Under the pieces are notes generated by a model, which worked only from the letters and a program-made list of their open reading frames with translations, was not told where the DNA came from and did no database searches. Shown here one piece after another: positions 18,998 through 29,700 of a DNA stretch of 64,000 bases (position 1 is the first letter of the stretch; each line of letters begins with the position of its first letter). The DNA lies in the NCBI GenBank assembly GCA_965197475.1, contig CBDANF010000002.1:64001-128000 (forward strand). Direction: 5' to 3'. The position numbers were made by a program, and so were the translations under genes. Source of the DNA: Candidatus Poribacteria bacterium. GTDB taxonomy: Bacteria > Poribacteria > WGA-4E > WGA-3G.

Positions 18998-20506
18998 ATG
19001 CAGTACCTGCAGAAAACGATCCGATCTATTGTCGGGCAAACAGCTGCCATCGCGCTATTTTTCTTCTTATATCACAAACTTGTGGTATATATTATGCGCG
19101 AGACAGGACTTGATCTTGGTGCACTCAACTATAGCAAACACTTTATCCCACTCTATGCGATACCCCAACTCAGTCTAAGTTGGTGGATTTTTCCTGCCCT
19201 TGGTGTGTGTATAGGGTTCCTGTATCTTTGCTATAAATACCTCCTTCCGAATAACATTAGTCCACGTCGCCTTGTCGGTTTCGCAATTATCTGCTTTCTT
19301 GCCATCAATATCAGTGTTGCCCAAATAGATGGATACCGAGAAATAGGAACAGAAGACGATCCTGAGCGAATTTTAGCTCTTTTAGAACCCTATACACGAA
19401 CATCTTTGGAATACTACAGCGACGTGCCACGTATTGACGAACTGGGACTCCGCACATTTTTGCGAGATTTCAGCAAACCAGAGTTGTTCAATACACTTTC
19501 AGGACACACGCGAACACATCCACCTGGTGGTGTAGTTTTCTTATGGGTTGTTAGCAAAATTTTTGGCTACAACCTCGTATCAGCATCGTTGGCATCAGTT
19601 CTCTTTACTGCACTTACGGTGATACCCATCTATAAACTTGCGGAACGTCTCTACGGCGAAAAGGTTGCGCTTTACGCGCTGCTGCTTTTCCTCATCACGC
19701 CCAACTTCGTGATGTTTACCGCTACATCTATGGACGGTCCCTTTAGTGTATTTCCAGTTCTCAGTCTCTACCTATTTTATGAAGCGCGAGAACGAGAAAC
19801 CGCATCGGACATGGAATTGGATACATTTCGCCCTTACAGTTTATTAACAGGTATTTCGCTCGGGCTCGGTATGTTTATGACTTATGCAACTGTAGTCATT
19901 GGCGTTTTTCTATGTGTTATTGCTTTATTAGAACGGAAACGGTTTGTGCAGTACTTAAAGGTCTTGGCGTTTGCGGGGGCAGGTTTCATCGGATTCTACC
20001 TGTTGCTTTTTATACTGACCGGCTTCCAACCAATTGAGGCACTCTGGGCAGCAATCAAAAAAGATGAAGCAGGGATGGGGACAGGCTTTGAAAGTATTGA
20101 CCGTTTTTTCCACTTGAGCTTCGCCAATCTTTTTGCTTTCCTAATTGGTGTAGGCATTCCGATTACAACGGTCTGGTTACGTCAATTGGTATCGTCAGTA
20201 CAGGAATGGAAGCAGAACGACGCATCATCTGAACTGAAAAACAATCAGCCCCGTATTCCTTGGATATTTCGCCTTGAAAAGTCAGACACTTTTGTCATCG
20301 GTTTTTTGATAACGCTCCTCTTTTTCACATTTTCGACCCTGTTTACGATGGAAGTGGAACGTGTCTGGATTTTCATGGTCCCATTTTTCGTTATACCTGT
20401 TGCTAAATATCTCACAGCGCGACCCCGTTCCAATTTTTACTGGGTTGCTGGCATGTTAGTTGCCCAACTCATCATATCAGAAGTTCTGCTCTTTACGTAT
20501 TGGTAA
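18998..20506 (+). CDS. Polytopic GT-C/PMT-like membrane glycosyltransferase
   Basis: Many TM helices; HTRTHPPG, ATSMDG and EVERVWIF motifs. Confidence 0.65.
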   Translation: MQYLQKTIRSIVGQTAAIALFFFLYHKLVVYIMRETGLDLGALNYSKHFIPLYAIPQLSLSWWIFPALGVCIGFLYLCYKYLLPNNISPRRLVGFAIICFLAINISVAQIDGYREIGTEDDPERILALLEPYTRTSLEYYSDVPRIDELGLRTFLRDFSKPELFNTLSGHTRTHPPGGVVFLWVVSKIFGYNLVSASLASVLFTALTVIPIYKLAERLYGEKVALYALLLFLITPNFVMFTATSMDGPFSVFPVLSLYLFYEARERETASDMELDTFRPYSLLTGISLGLGMFMTYATVVIGVFLCVIALLERKRFVQYLKVLAFAGAGFIGFYLLLFILTGFQPIEALWAAIKKDEAGMGTGFESIDRFFHLSFANLFAFLIGVGIPITTVWLRQLVSSVQEWKQNDASSELKNNQPRIPWIFRLEKSDTFVIGFLITLLFFTFSTLFTMEVERVWIFMVPFFVIPVAKYLTARPRSNFYWVAGMLVAQLIISEVLLFTYW

Positions 20507-20668
20507 CGTGAGTTTGACAAATGCCGTAGGGAATCAACGCCGAATGCGCGTATGGCATTCGGCCAAATCAACGCAGCGTGCGCTTATGGCACGCTGCAGG
20601 GTAGATATTGGAATCCAAACACAAAAGCTGCATAATTCTTTGTACAAAACTTTACACACCTGATGTTG

Positions 20669-20791
20669 CAGAGCCATTCAGTTTTCGGTTTTTTGTGCAT
20701 TTTAATGGTTAAATCGCGACCAGGAGTTCGCTCCTACAGAGGAAAGACCGTGATCAGAAAGTAGCAACTACCAGAGAATTGAACAGCTCTG
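20669..20791. mobile_element. MITE family A, copy 2
   Basis: Colinear with 15932-16052; CAGAGCCATTCA...TGAACAGCTCTG ends; degenerate flanking duplication CCTGATGTT/CCCGATGTT. Confidence 0.8.
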
Positions 20792-20803
20792 CCCGATGTT
20801 AGG

Positions 20804-22255
20804 GGGTGTGTAAAGTTTTTGTACAGGTATGAATTGGAAAGATGTTACAAGTTTACCCAAAAATGGTATCCTATCCTAATAAATTATGAACAAAATAGGA
20901 GAGGATACCGATGTTTAGTATATCATTAGAGCGTTGTGAAGTCAAAGCGTTTGAAGGCGTATTTCAGAAGTTTGTAGAAGAATTCAACGATTTTGCGGGA
21001 GAGATGTTTTCCGATCCGTGTATACCGTTAGAAGAAGCGGAGTTTCGTGTATTTGAGGCATCTCGTTCGTGGTGTCAAAAGTTTTTAGAGATATTTATTT
21101 CTCAAAAAGCGAGTGAACAGTCTGGTGAACCTGTTGAATGTCCCGAACATCAGGAAGCGTGTCGTCCGTGGTGTAAAAGAGAGCGGCGTATTACGACCTT
21201 GTGTGGTGTTATCCGTGTAAAACGTTGGGTGTATCGTTGTCCTTGTGGTCATAATCATGTGCCGTTTGATACCAAACAGAAGTTGCGAGGTCAATGGACG
21301 CATCGTGTTGCTGAGGCGATGTGTCGTTTGGCGGCACTTCTTGACTTTAGAGAAGCGTCAGAAGAGTTATCTCGTCAGGGAATAGAAGTCCGCCACACGA
21401 CACTTCATCAAAAAGTGTGTGAGTGGTCAGAAGATTTGAGCGTTTGTGAACAAGTGGAAACCCAAAAGCTTGTAGAAAATCAGCGATGGTATGTGAGTTG
21501 TGATGGCTGTCGGACGAACTCACTGGATGGTTGGAAAGAAGTAAAAGTTGGTTGTATTTATAGGGATTATCCGCAACAAGGTTCTGGGGCGATACCGAGT
21601 GCCAGAACATCCAGTATCCGTTATGTTGCGTCTCGTCCTGATGTGGCACATTTTGGTAAAGAGTTGTTTGCGTTAGCGACAAACAGCGGTATCTATCAAG
21701 AAGCTATAGATACCCAGGAGATTGTGTTTATTGGCGATGGTGCTGCGTGGATATGGAACTTAGCCGATGAACACTTCCCCAATGCGGTTGAGATTGTGGA
21801 TTACAGGCAGGCCAAATCTCATCTGTATGATGTTGCCAAACACGCATTTGGTGAGACTGAAATAGAAGCGATTGGTGCGTGGATAAAAGCGACGGAACCG
21901 CATCTTTTTGATGGCCACATCACAGAAGTGGTCGCACGCATCTGCACCTTAGGAGCACAGAACCCGGAAGTTTCGGATATTTTAGAAAGAGAAGCGAAGT
22001 ATTTTGAAAAACACGCGAAGCGTATGCGGTATCAAGCGTTTAGAGAAAAAGGATATCAGATTGGCAGTGGTGTGATTGAGAGTGCCTGTAAACATGTTGT
22101 CGGGCAAAGATGTAAACAGGCTTCTATGAGGCGGGAGAAACCGGGTATCAACGCTGTACTTGGGTGGCGATGTTTGTATAAGAATAATGCTTGGGATAGT
22201 TATTGGTATCTAAACACAAAGCCGCATAATCTTTGTACAAAAACTTTACACACCC
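20804..22255 (+). mobile_element. ISKra4/ISLre2-like insertion sequence
   Basis: Perfect 22-bp TIR GGGTGTGTAAAGTTTTTGTACA / TGTACAAAAACTTTACACACCC enclosing the transposase gene. Confidence 0.85.
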
Positions 22256-22293
22256 GTTTCGGCTTTGGGCCTTTGACTCGTTTCGCTAAATGA
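20911..22293 (+). CDS. DDE transposase (ISKra4/ISLre2-like), C-terminus frameshifted through the TIR
   Basis: VSCDG, WKEVKVG, IGDGAAWIWN, IGSGVIESACKHVV. Comparison with the end remnant at ~20605-20660 (NPNTKAA*) suggests a 1-nt loss near 22218. Confidence 0.85.
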   Translation: MFSISLERCEVKAFEGVFQKFVEEFNDFAGEMFSDPCIPLEEAEFRVFEASRSWCQKFLEIFISQKASEQSGEPVECPEHQEACRPWCKRERRITTLCGVIRVKRWVYRCPCGHNHVPFDTKQKLRGQWTHRVAEAMCRLAALLDFREASEELSRQGIEVRHTTLHQKVCEWSEDLSVCEQVETQKLVENQRWYVSCDGCRTNSLDGWKEVKVGCIYRDYPQQGSGAIPSARTSSIRYVASRPDVAHFGKELFALATNSGIYQEAIDTQEIVFIGDGAAWIWNLADEHFPNAVEIVDYRQAKSHLYDVAKHAFGETEIEAIGAWIKATEPHLFDGHITEVVARICTLGAQNPEVSDILEREAKYFEKHAKRMRYQAFREKGYQIGSGVIESACKHVVGQRCKQASMRREKPGINAVLGWRCLYKNNAWDSYWYLNTKPHNLCTKTLHTRFGFGPLTRFAK

Positions 22294-22379
22294 GGTAAGA
22301 TATAATGATTGAAATCCTTACGGGAAACCTGTTTGGGAATACAGTTGTATTTTGGTGATTTTTGGGTCTCGTTTGTCAT
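22256..22379 (-). pseudogene. N-terminal fragment of an IS5-like transposase truncated by the ISKra4-like element
   Basis: MTNETQKSPKYNCIPKQVSRKDFNHYILPHLAKRVKGPKPK runs directly into the TIR at 22255. Confidence 0.5.
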
Positions 22380-22685
22380 AATAACACCTTTCATAAAATA
22401 AATCGGTATCTGAAGTGGAAAGAAAGGGACATAAATTATACCCTTTTCTTTTCCTATTTTACCACATCCTTATGTTTTACTCAATATGACTTCTCTATAA
22501 ATAGGTTTTACTCTGTCAACCATTTTTAAACTTTAGGTTACGACACAAAGTTTCGGGTGTGTAAATAATTTGTCAAAGTTAGGTGAAGTCCGTTTGGCGT
22601 TGATTTGGCAATGAATTGCGCGACTACACACGCAACTACTATAAATGTTAGGTTTCGCAGGCACAACCTAACCTACAACAAGGCA

Positions 22686-24281
22686 TCAAGGGACTTTCAT
22701 GAGGTAAAGGTAAAAGCCTTCATCGCCGATTGTTGAACCTGTAAATTGTTCCAATAATGTGAGTTGATACTGCTCAATCAACTCAACCTCTAAAGTGCGA
22801 TTCATGATAATTAGTACGTCTTGAGTGTTTTGCGTGCTTAGAGTTTTGGCTTCTTCAACAAGGTTTTCGTTAGTAACACCGTGATTTCTGGCTGTGTCCC
22901 ATCTGACAAAAGATCCGAATCGGCTACCTTTGGGATAGTAAATCTCCTTTTTTTCCAAATATCTTACGACAGTGCTAATAGCAAAATCTGTGTCCCCGAC
23001 CATGAGCATTTCTTGCATATCTTGTGCCTTGATATACTCAGCAGTCCTTTTTCCGTTAGAAAAGATGTGGTCAATATCCATACGGAGCGCAGTAATGCCA
23101 CCGAGAAAATGAAAAATAAGGATAACGGTGAAAACAGGACCGAAGAGCCGCTGTGCAAATTCGCTAAGTCGGTTGAATGGAGCGTTAATCTCAGGGCAAT
23201 CATTGTAGATCCAATTGGTCATTACAAAAGTGAAAAACAGGAACTCATGATGGCGCATACTTCCGTGATATTTGACATAGAAAAATGCAAGGAGTCCAAC
23301 GGTGGCTACCAAATAAATAAGAAGCGCGGTAGGGCGTTTCAAGAAACGGAGAACACACCAGAACACAATCAGATAACAGAGCGGCAATCGAATTAACTGA
23401 AAGATAGGGATACTATTAAGCCGACTGCTACCCCAAAACCCCATGTCTGCTCTTGAAAACGGGAGGAAAGCGTTCGTAATGATTCTGATGATGTTGTTCA
23501 CGCGCTGTATTTCAAACTTAAAGTGCCATACGACAGCGAATCCTGTATCTGAAGGAGGGTTGAGTTGTAGAACTGCAGTTATGATGCCAAAGCCGATGAG
23601 AGCAAAACCTATCCAGATGTGTCTCCTATTTTCGGTGAGCATCTCCTCTCTACAGCAGTAGAAATAGAGGTATTCACACATGAGGGCAAACCCGATAGCG
23701 ATGGTTACGATGAGGGCATGCACGCTGGTGTGGGCAAGCAGAATTAGGACAACACCGATCCACACAAATCGTTTATAACGTTCCCTAAAGAGCACGCAAA
23801 AGATAGTGATAAGCAGCACACTGATCGCATAATTTCGGGCAACAATAGCGTATTCGTAAAGGGCGAAATATCCGAAAGAGAAGAGAAATTTTTGAACTCT
23901 ATTAAAAGGAGCGTAGCGCGTAAAAAGAAAAACCGTTGTGGCAGCAATCAAAAGGTGAAACACCTGCATAATAACAGGCGATGTCGTGATGCGACTGAGG
24001 GGCATTAAGCAGAGATGCCATAACGCTGGATGCCCCTCATATTTCATATTGGCGAAGAGTTCAAAGACAGACGCACTATCCCTCGCGAGGAGCCATGCTT
24101 GGATTTCGTCCCGCCACATTTCATGGTGTATGGCACCATAACCCCCTACAAGCATGAAAACTACTGTTAGTCCGCAAGCGTAGTAGAAATCCTTTTTAGT
24201 AGACGAAACTTGCCTCTCTGATTCATGTACATTAGACAGAGTTTCATGTTCCGAGGGTTGGGTCAAATTCTGAAGAAACAT
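22686..24281 (-). CDS. Polytopic membrane protein, GT-C-fold glycosyltransferase-like
   Basis: HHEMWRDEIQAWLLA, YEGHPALW and YEYAIVARNY motifs; many TM helices. Confidence 0.65.
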   Translation of the reverse strand: MFLQNLTQPSEHETLSNVHESERQVSSTKKDFYYACGLTVVFMLVGGYGAIHHEMWRDEIQAWLLARDSASVFELFANMKYEGHPALWHLCLMPLSRITTSPVIMQVFHLLIAATTVFLFTRYAPFNRVQKFLFSFGYFALYEYAIVARNYAISVLLITIFCVLFRERYKRFVWIGVVLILLAHTSVHALIVTIAIGFALMCEYLYFYCCREEMLTENRRHIWIGFALIGFGIITAVLQLNPPSDTGFAVVWHFKFEIQRVNNIIRIITNAFLPFSRADMGFWGSSRLNSIPIFQLIRLPLCYLIVFWCVLRFLKRPTALLIYLVATVGLLAFFYVKYHGSMRHHEFLFFTFVMTNWIYNDCPEINAPFNRLSEFAQRLFGPVFTVILIFHFLGGITALRMDIDHIFSNGKRTAEYIKAQDMQEMLMVGDTDFAISTVVRYLEKKEIYYPKGSRFGSFVRWDTARNHGVTNENLVEEAKTLSTQNTQDVLIIMNRTLEVELIEQYQLTLLEQFTGSTIGDEGFYLYLMKVP

Positions 24282-24291
24282 TGAATCAATT

Positions 24292-25356
24292 CTACTGTGC
24301 CCCTAAACTTGAAATAGGTAACCATATACCTCCGGTGCTGCGTGTGATGAATTTTTGGAACGGTTCATCAAGACCGATGACATCAACTTTGATTTTAGCA
24401 TCATTCATTTTCTTTAGCACATCACTGGCAGAATAGTTACCACTGACATATTCGTCAGTGATCAAGATGAAATGTACATCCGCATTTTGCCTTGTGGTGA
24501 CTTCGTCAGCCGCTCGGATAAGCGCATCTAAAGTTTTTTCACCACCATGGCATTTCACTTGTGAGAGAAGTCTTTTGATTTGAGGCACAGAACGGGTTTG
24601 CGGTATAAGTTCAAAATCCCATCCCAGCATATTATATGCGGTGTTATCTCGAAAAATGACGATACCGAGCGTGAAATCAAGTTCGGCAGCATCAAACAGT
24701 TCGGTCATGCGGTTTAGATGGTTTCGGACTGCGTTAATATTATCCTTCATACTGCCGCTGCCATCAATAACAAAGACGATATCCACCATATCAGTGGTCC
24801 GGTTTGCTACGACGTGCTGCCCAATTCGTGTGAGAATTACATTTGGCATCGGTAGGTCACTGACATCTGGCAGTGCGTCATCAATAGGCGGTTTGAAAGA
24901 CGAGTGTTTTGTGCTGCGAAACATGCCTTGCGGCTCGAATTTAGCTGTCCCTCGCCGACTTCCCATGTCTTGATTAATGGCTGGAACCGTAGAATTTATA
25001 CCGGATTTGTCAATTCCTACAGTGCGGGGATTAGGAAGGAAAAAACCACGTAAAGGCGTTGACGGATTCCGATGCACAATTGGTGCTGTGGTAGGTAAAG
25101 ATGCTACCGGAGGGTTCACCTCGGTCGAAATCTGCTTTTGCTTAACGGGTGTAAATTTTGGAGGAATATACATTTCCCGCTTTAAGGTTCGTAAAGCTCG
25201 TTTCGGACGCACCTCTGATATTTCAAGGTGTGTGATGTCTTCAATCGGACTCGGTTCACTATGGTGTAGTGTTGTGAGGACAGAAACCAAAACGATATGA
25301 ACGCCTATAGAAAGGACGAGGGCATTGCGGATGGTTTTTGTAACTTTAGGTTTCAT
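24292..25356 (-). CDS. Membrane-anchored vWA domain protein
   Basis: N-terminal TM (SIGVHIVL), Pro-rich linker, MIDAS motif DIVFVIDGSGSM, ILITDE. Confidence 0.85.
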   Translation of the reverse strand: MKPKVTKTIRNALVLSIGVHIVLVSVLTTLHHSEPSPIEDITHLEISEVRPKRALRTLKREMYIPPKFTPVKQKQISTEVNPPVASLPTTAPIVHRNPSTPLRGFFLPNPRTVGIDKSGINSTVPAINQDMGSRRGTAKFEPQGMFRSTKHSSFKPPIDDALPDVSDLPMPNVILTRIGQHVVANRTTDMVDIVFVIDGSGSMKDNINAVRNHLNRMTELFDAAELDFTLGIVIFRDNTAYNMLGWDFELIPQTRSVPQIKRLLSQVKCHGGEKTLDALIRAADEVTTRQNADVHFILITDEYVSGNYSASDVLKKMNDAKIKVDVIGLDEPFQKFITRSTGGIWLPISSLGAQ

Positions 25357-25466
25357 ATCACACATCCAGACTTCTCTAGGCGCATGTTGATATATTTTTA
25401 GCAGAGATAACAATAGAGTCTTATCACTCTCATAATCTAACCAACGCGCGCTGGTGTTATCTTATT

Positions 25467-26571
25467 GAGGGTGTTTCATAAATCATTTTTTATTGAAATA
25501 CAGTTTTGATATGAGTTACATTTCGGGTGGGTCTCTCCCACCGGACATTCATCAACATAGCGAGTTGTAGAAGCATCACCCTGAGTCCTAAAAAAGTGGA
25601 TACGTAAGCCAGACTGCTGACAGGTAAAGGTTTATGCTGCCCCGTCGTTGCTAAGAGTTTGCTAAGTAAATCAAAAGTCGGTTCAATAGTTGTTTTCCGT
25701 GCCTCTTTCCCCTCGTTGAATAAAGCAACCGCCATGGCATCCATAGGTCCCAAAACCGCTTGTGCCTGTTCAACGCAGGTGTCGGGTGTTATGAGCATCA
25801 TCTTCTCCCTCGCAAAAGCGACGCTGCGTCTTTTATCTCTATAACCAGCATCAGCGATAAGACACGTAATCCCTTTTGCGACGATGCGGCTTTGCTTTTT
25901 ATCAAGCACCTTGCGTTCATTGACATTTACGGGCAATACCTCAAACATCACAGGAAATTCGTCTCGGGTGGTAGTAAGATGGATCCCATATCCATATACC
26001 CATCCGTGATAGCCACTTTTAGACCAATGTGCGGTTTTATCAACATTACGGAGGCCTTTGGGAATATGGTTTTTCGCACGATGTTTCTTGTGCCAGACAG
26101 GCCCTGTGGCTTTGAACAAACTCTTGTCTTCATAGGCGATGGTGTGTGAAAAACCATAGCCGTTTGCGACTGTCCACTCCGCAATGAACTCGCAAAACTC
26201 GGTAAGCAGCGGACACAATGCTTTATATCTGCGTGCCAGTGTCGGTGCGATGGACAAAACGGAAGACGCAGTGTCTTAAGCATTATCGGATGCGTGCCCA
26301 ACCAGCAGTGTTGTACGCGTATCGTGTTGATCTGCTTCAGCGTCATCATCGCATAAAAGACAAGGAGCGAAGCATCTGCATAGGTTTTCGGTCTCCCTCT
26401 GCTGATAACGGTTTCTTTTGTTTTAGCAAACTCATCAAGCAAAAAAATAAAAATGTGATATACTCTTTCATGTCAGGATAATACATGGAATACTCATTCA
26501 ATGGTTTAGATTTTTATTAGAAGGATACTCACTATCCTGACACATCGCAACTTTATTTATGAAACACCCTC
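25467..26571 (-). mobile_element. IS5/IS982-like DDE insertion sequence with frameshifted transposase
   Basis: TIR GAGGGTGTTTCATAAAT / ATTTATGAAACACCCTC; split ORFs 25948-26442 and 25490-26257 (GRPKTY, GWVYGYGIH, IADAGY, RKTTIEP). Confidence 0.8.
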
Positions 26572-26743
26572 AATTTATGTAAGTTCAAATTAGGATTTAA
26601 TTCGAACCGGCGCGGTTACAAACCGCGCCTACCAGAAAAACGGTGTGTATAAATCTGGCTTACAAAGCCCTCCCACAGTTTATGAGATAACCTCTAATTT
26701 GTCTACAAAATGTTTGAAGGTGGTTATTAAAACGTAAAACATC

Positions 26744-29700
26744 TCATCGCGTTGACGCTTGCAGGGAAGTTTCTAATTTTCTACGAAGGATCACACCCCA
26801 CTGACCGACAACCCAAAGTGTTTTTCCATTTTTAGCACGCGTAATAACATATAGATTATTGTCAATATCGGTATGTTCCTGTTCCCACGTTTCACCACCA
26901 TCAGTTGAGCGGATAATCATCCCTTCTTCACCAGCGGCGTAGATTTCCTGTTCAGAAAGAGCGATAATTCCATGTAAAGTTTTTGGTGTACCAGTTAATT
27001 TAGGTTGCCAAGTAAAACCGCCATCTACCGTCTTTAGCACAAGTCCACCTTGTCCAACTGCCCATCCCTTCCGTTTAGTGATAAATGAAACGGAATTTAA
27101 GTCATAAACCGTATTCGATTCGTGGAATCGCCAATATTCACCACCGTTGATTGTCCGCTGGACGGCACCGCCTTGTCCAACAGCCCAACCGAGAGGCGCA
27201 AATTTCATATCAACGCTCATGAGTGTGTCGTTTGTCGTGGTACGCTGGAGTGTCCAGGTAGGTCCTCCATCTTTGTTATGGATGATGTCGCCGTATCTAC
27301 CAACTGCCCAACCTTCAGAAAATTTACCGAAGTCAACATCGCTCAGGGAGAATGTTCCGGGAGGATCGCCCTCAAGAAAAGGCGGTTGCTCAGGGGTGTC
27401 ACCTGCTGTCCAAGTATTTCCGTCAGTCGTATAGAGAACTGTTCCGTCACGGCGCATTGTCCAACCCCATTTGGGTTCAAGACTGGCGAAATGTATACCG
27501 ATAAAGCGTTGACGCGTTTGGACAGCAAGCCGTTCCCAAGTTTGTCCACCATCTTGTGTCTCCAGTAAGTTGCCATTACCATTCGCTATCCATCCAATTT
27601 TGTCGTTATAAAAAAGGACTTCTCGGAAATCATTACGATCCTGTTCACCGAGTTGCCGTTCCCACGTTTTTCCACCGTCTTTGGTGCGATAAATGCTGCC
27701 CGCGCCTCCAACTGCCCAGGCGTGTTGTGCGTCAAGGAAATAGACACTGGCGATTCCGCCGCCACCGCGTCCACCGAAACGTCTTCTCGGTTCAAGTTGT
27801 GGCGGTGGTTGCTGTTGGTTTGGATTCCGCCCTCCCTGTTCAGTGTTAGATGGCAGTAATCCTTCGGGGGTTAAGCGACCTGCGCGTTGTCTCTCCTGCC
27901 GAAGTTGTCTTTGGAATATATCAACGAGTGTCTCCTCACCTGGCGGAGTCGATTCTTCTTCGTCCTCCATCTCATCTTCCTCAGATTCTTCTGATGTTTC
28001 TGGAATAGGTTGTTGCATGGCGAAGATGTCGTCTCCTATAGAGACAGGAACGGGTTCCCAATTTACACCTTGATCTTCTGTGATATATGCACCGCCACCG
28101 CCTATTCCCCAAGCGTGGGTATGAGATCGAAAAGTAATACTTCTCAAGCCGCGCGCGCTTTGTGCCGTGGCTTGCAGTTTCCATGTTTCGCCGCCATCTT
28201 CAGTCAACAGGGAGTTTCCATTGCCGAGAATTACCCATCCGTGGGTTTGGTCAGCAAAATGCACTGCAATCCCTGGCTGATTGGTTTTCGCCTGAATTTT
28301 CCAATAATTACCACCATCGACGGTTTGGAGTATGAATCCACCATCTCGCCGTTGCGGGGTAACTGCCCATCCTTCCTGACTATTAATAAAGTGAAGATCA
28401 GTGATATTTGCATTTGTCGTGCCAGTTTTCTGAATTTTCCACGTCTTGCCGCCATCAGTTGTGTGCAAGATTTGCCCAATTGATGCACCAAGCCACCCTT
28501 CATTCTCGTTTATGAACTGCATCATGCTTATACGTGGTAGGTTTTGAGCCGATGTTTTGACAATTGGCACCCATGTTTCGCCACCGTTTTTGGTTTGAAG
28601 TAAGATATTAGACCCAAGGATACGTCCATGTTTTTCATCTATGAATTCTACTTGACGCAAATTTTCGTTAACACCGCTATGTTGTGGTAGCCATGTTTTT
28701 CCACCATCAGTTGTATGTGCTATAGAGCCTCCAGAGCCAACCGCCCATCCGTTTTCGGTATCAACAAAATGTGTGTCGGCAAAATCTGTTCGCCAGGTTG
28801 CCTGACGGATAATATCCCAATGGTAAACGACAGATTCAACAGGTGTGTCCTCTTTTACAATTACGGTTTCTGGTTCCTCAGCAATAGGTGGCAATTTCGC
28901 TGGCAATTGCGCATCTTCAACCGAGTAACGCATCGCTATGCCACCTTTACCGACAGCGACTACACCATCAGGCGAGAGTGCTAATCCGTAAAGATCGTTT
29001 TCAGTGCCGCTTTCTTGAAGTTCCCATTTTTTCCCGCCGTTAACCGTAGTAAGCATAACACCGTTGTCACCGACGATTAATCCGTGCTGCGCATCAGCAA
29101 AATAGAGTTTATTTAAATTCTCTTGTGTCCTGCTCAATTGCAAATTCCATTTTTTCCCACCGTTTTTCGTATGTAAAATTTCGCCAAATTGCCCGACAAT
29201 CCAACCTGTGTTTTCATCAACGAAGTAGACAGCGTAAAGTTCATTGAAGGTATCGGTAGACTGCTGTTTCCATGTCAACCCGCCATCTTGTGTTGTTAGA
29301 CAAATACCCGGCCATCCGATTGCCCAACCTCTCTTTTCATCAAGGAAAAATACACCTTTTAACATGATTGAGTGAAAATCGCCGATAGGGATTTGTGACA
29401 ACCAAGTATTTCCACCATCAATTGTATGAAGAATAGTGCCAAGATCGCCGACGATCCACCCTATTTTGGCGTTAATAAAGTGGACAGAGCGGAGTACAAA
29501 TGCTGCAGGTGCACGCTGAGGTTTCCAGTTGGTCCCACCATCATCGGTGTGGATAATGAGCCCACGTTCTCCGACTGCCCAGCCGTGTTTGTCAGTAGCA
29601 AAATAGATGTTCCAGATTCCATCCCAGATGTCTGTGTCCAATTCGTTCCAAGTTTTTCCGCCATCGTTGCTCATCACCATACTGCCGCGCTTACCGACTG

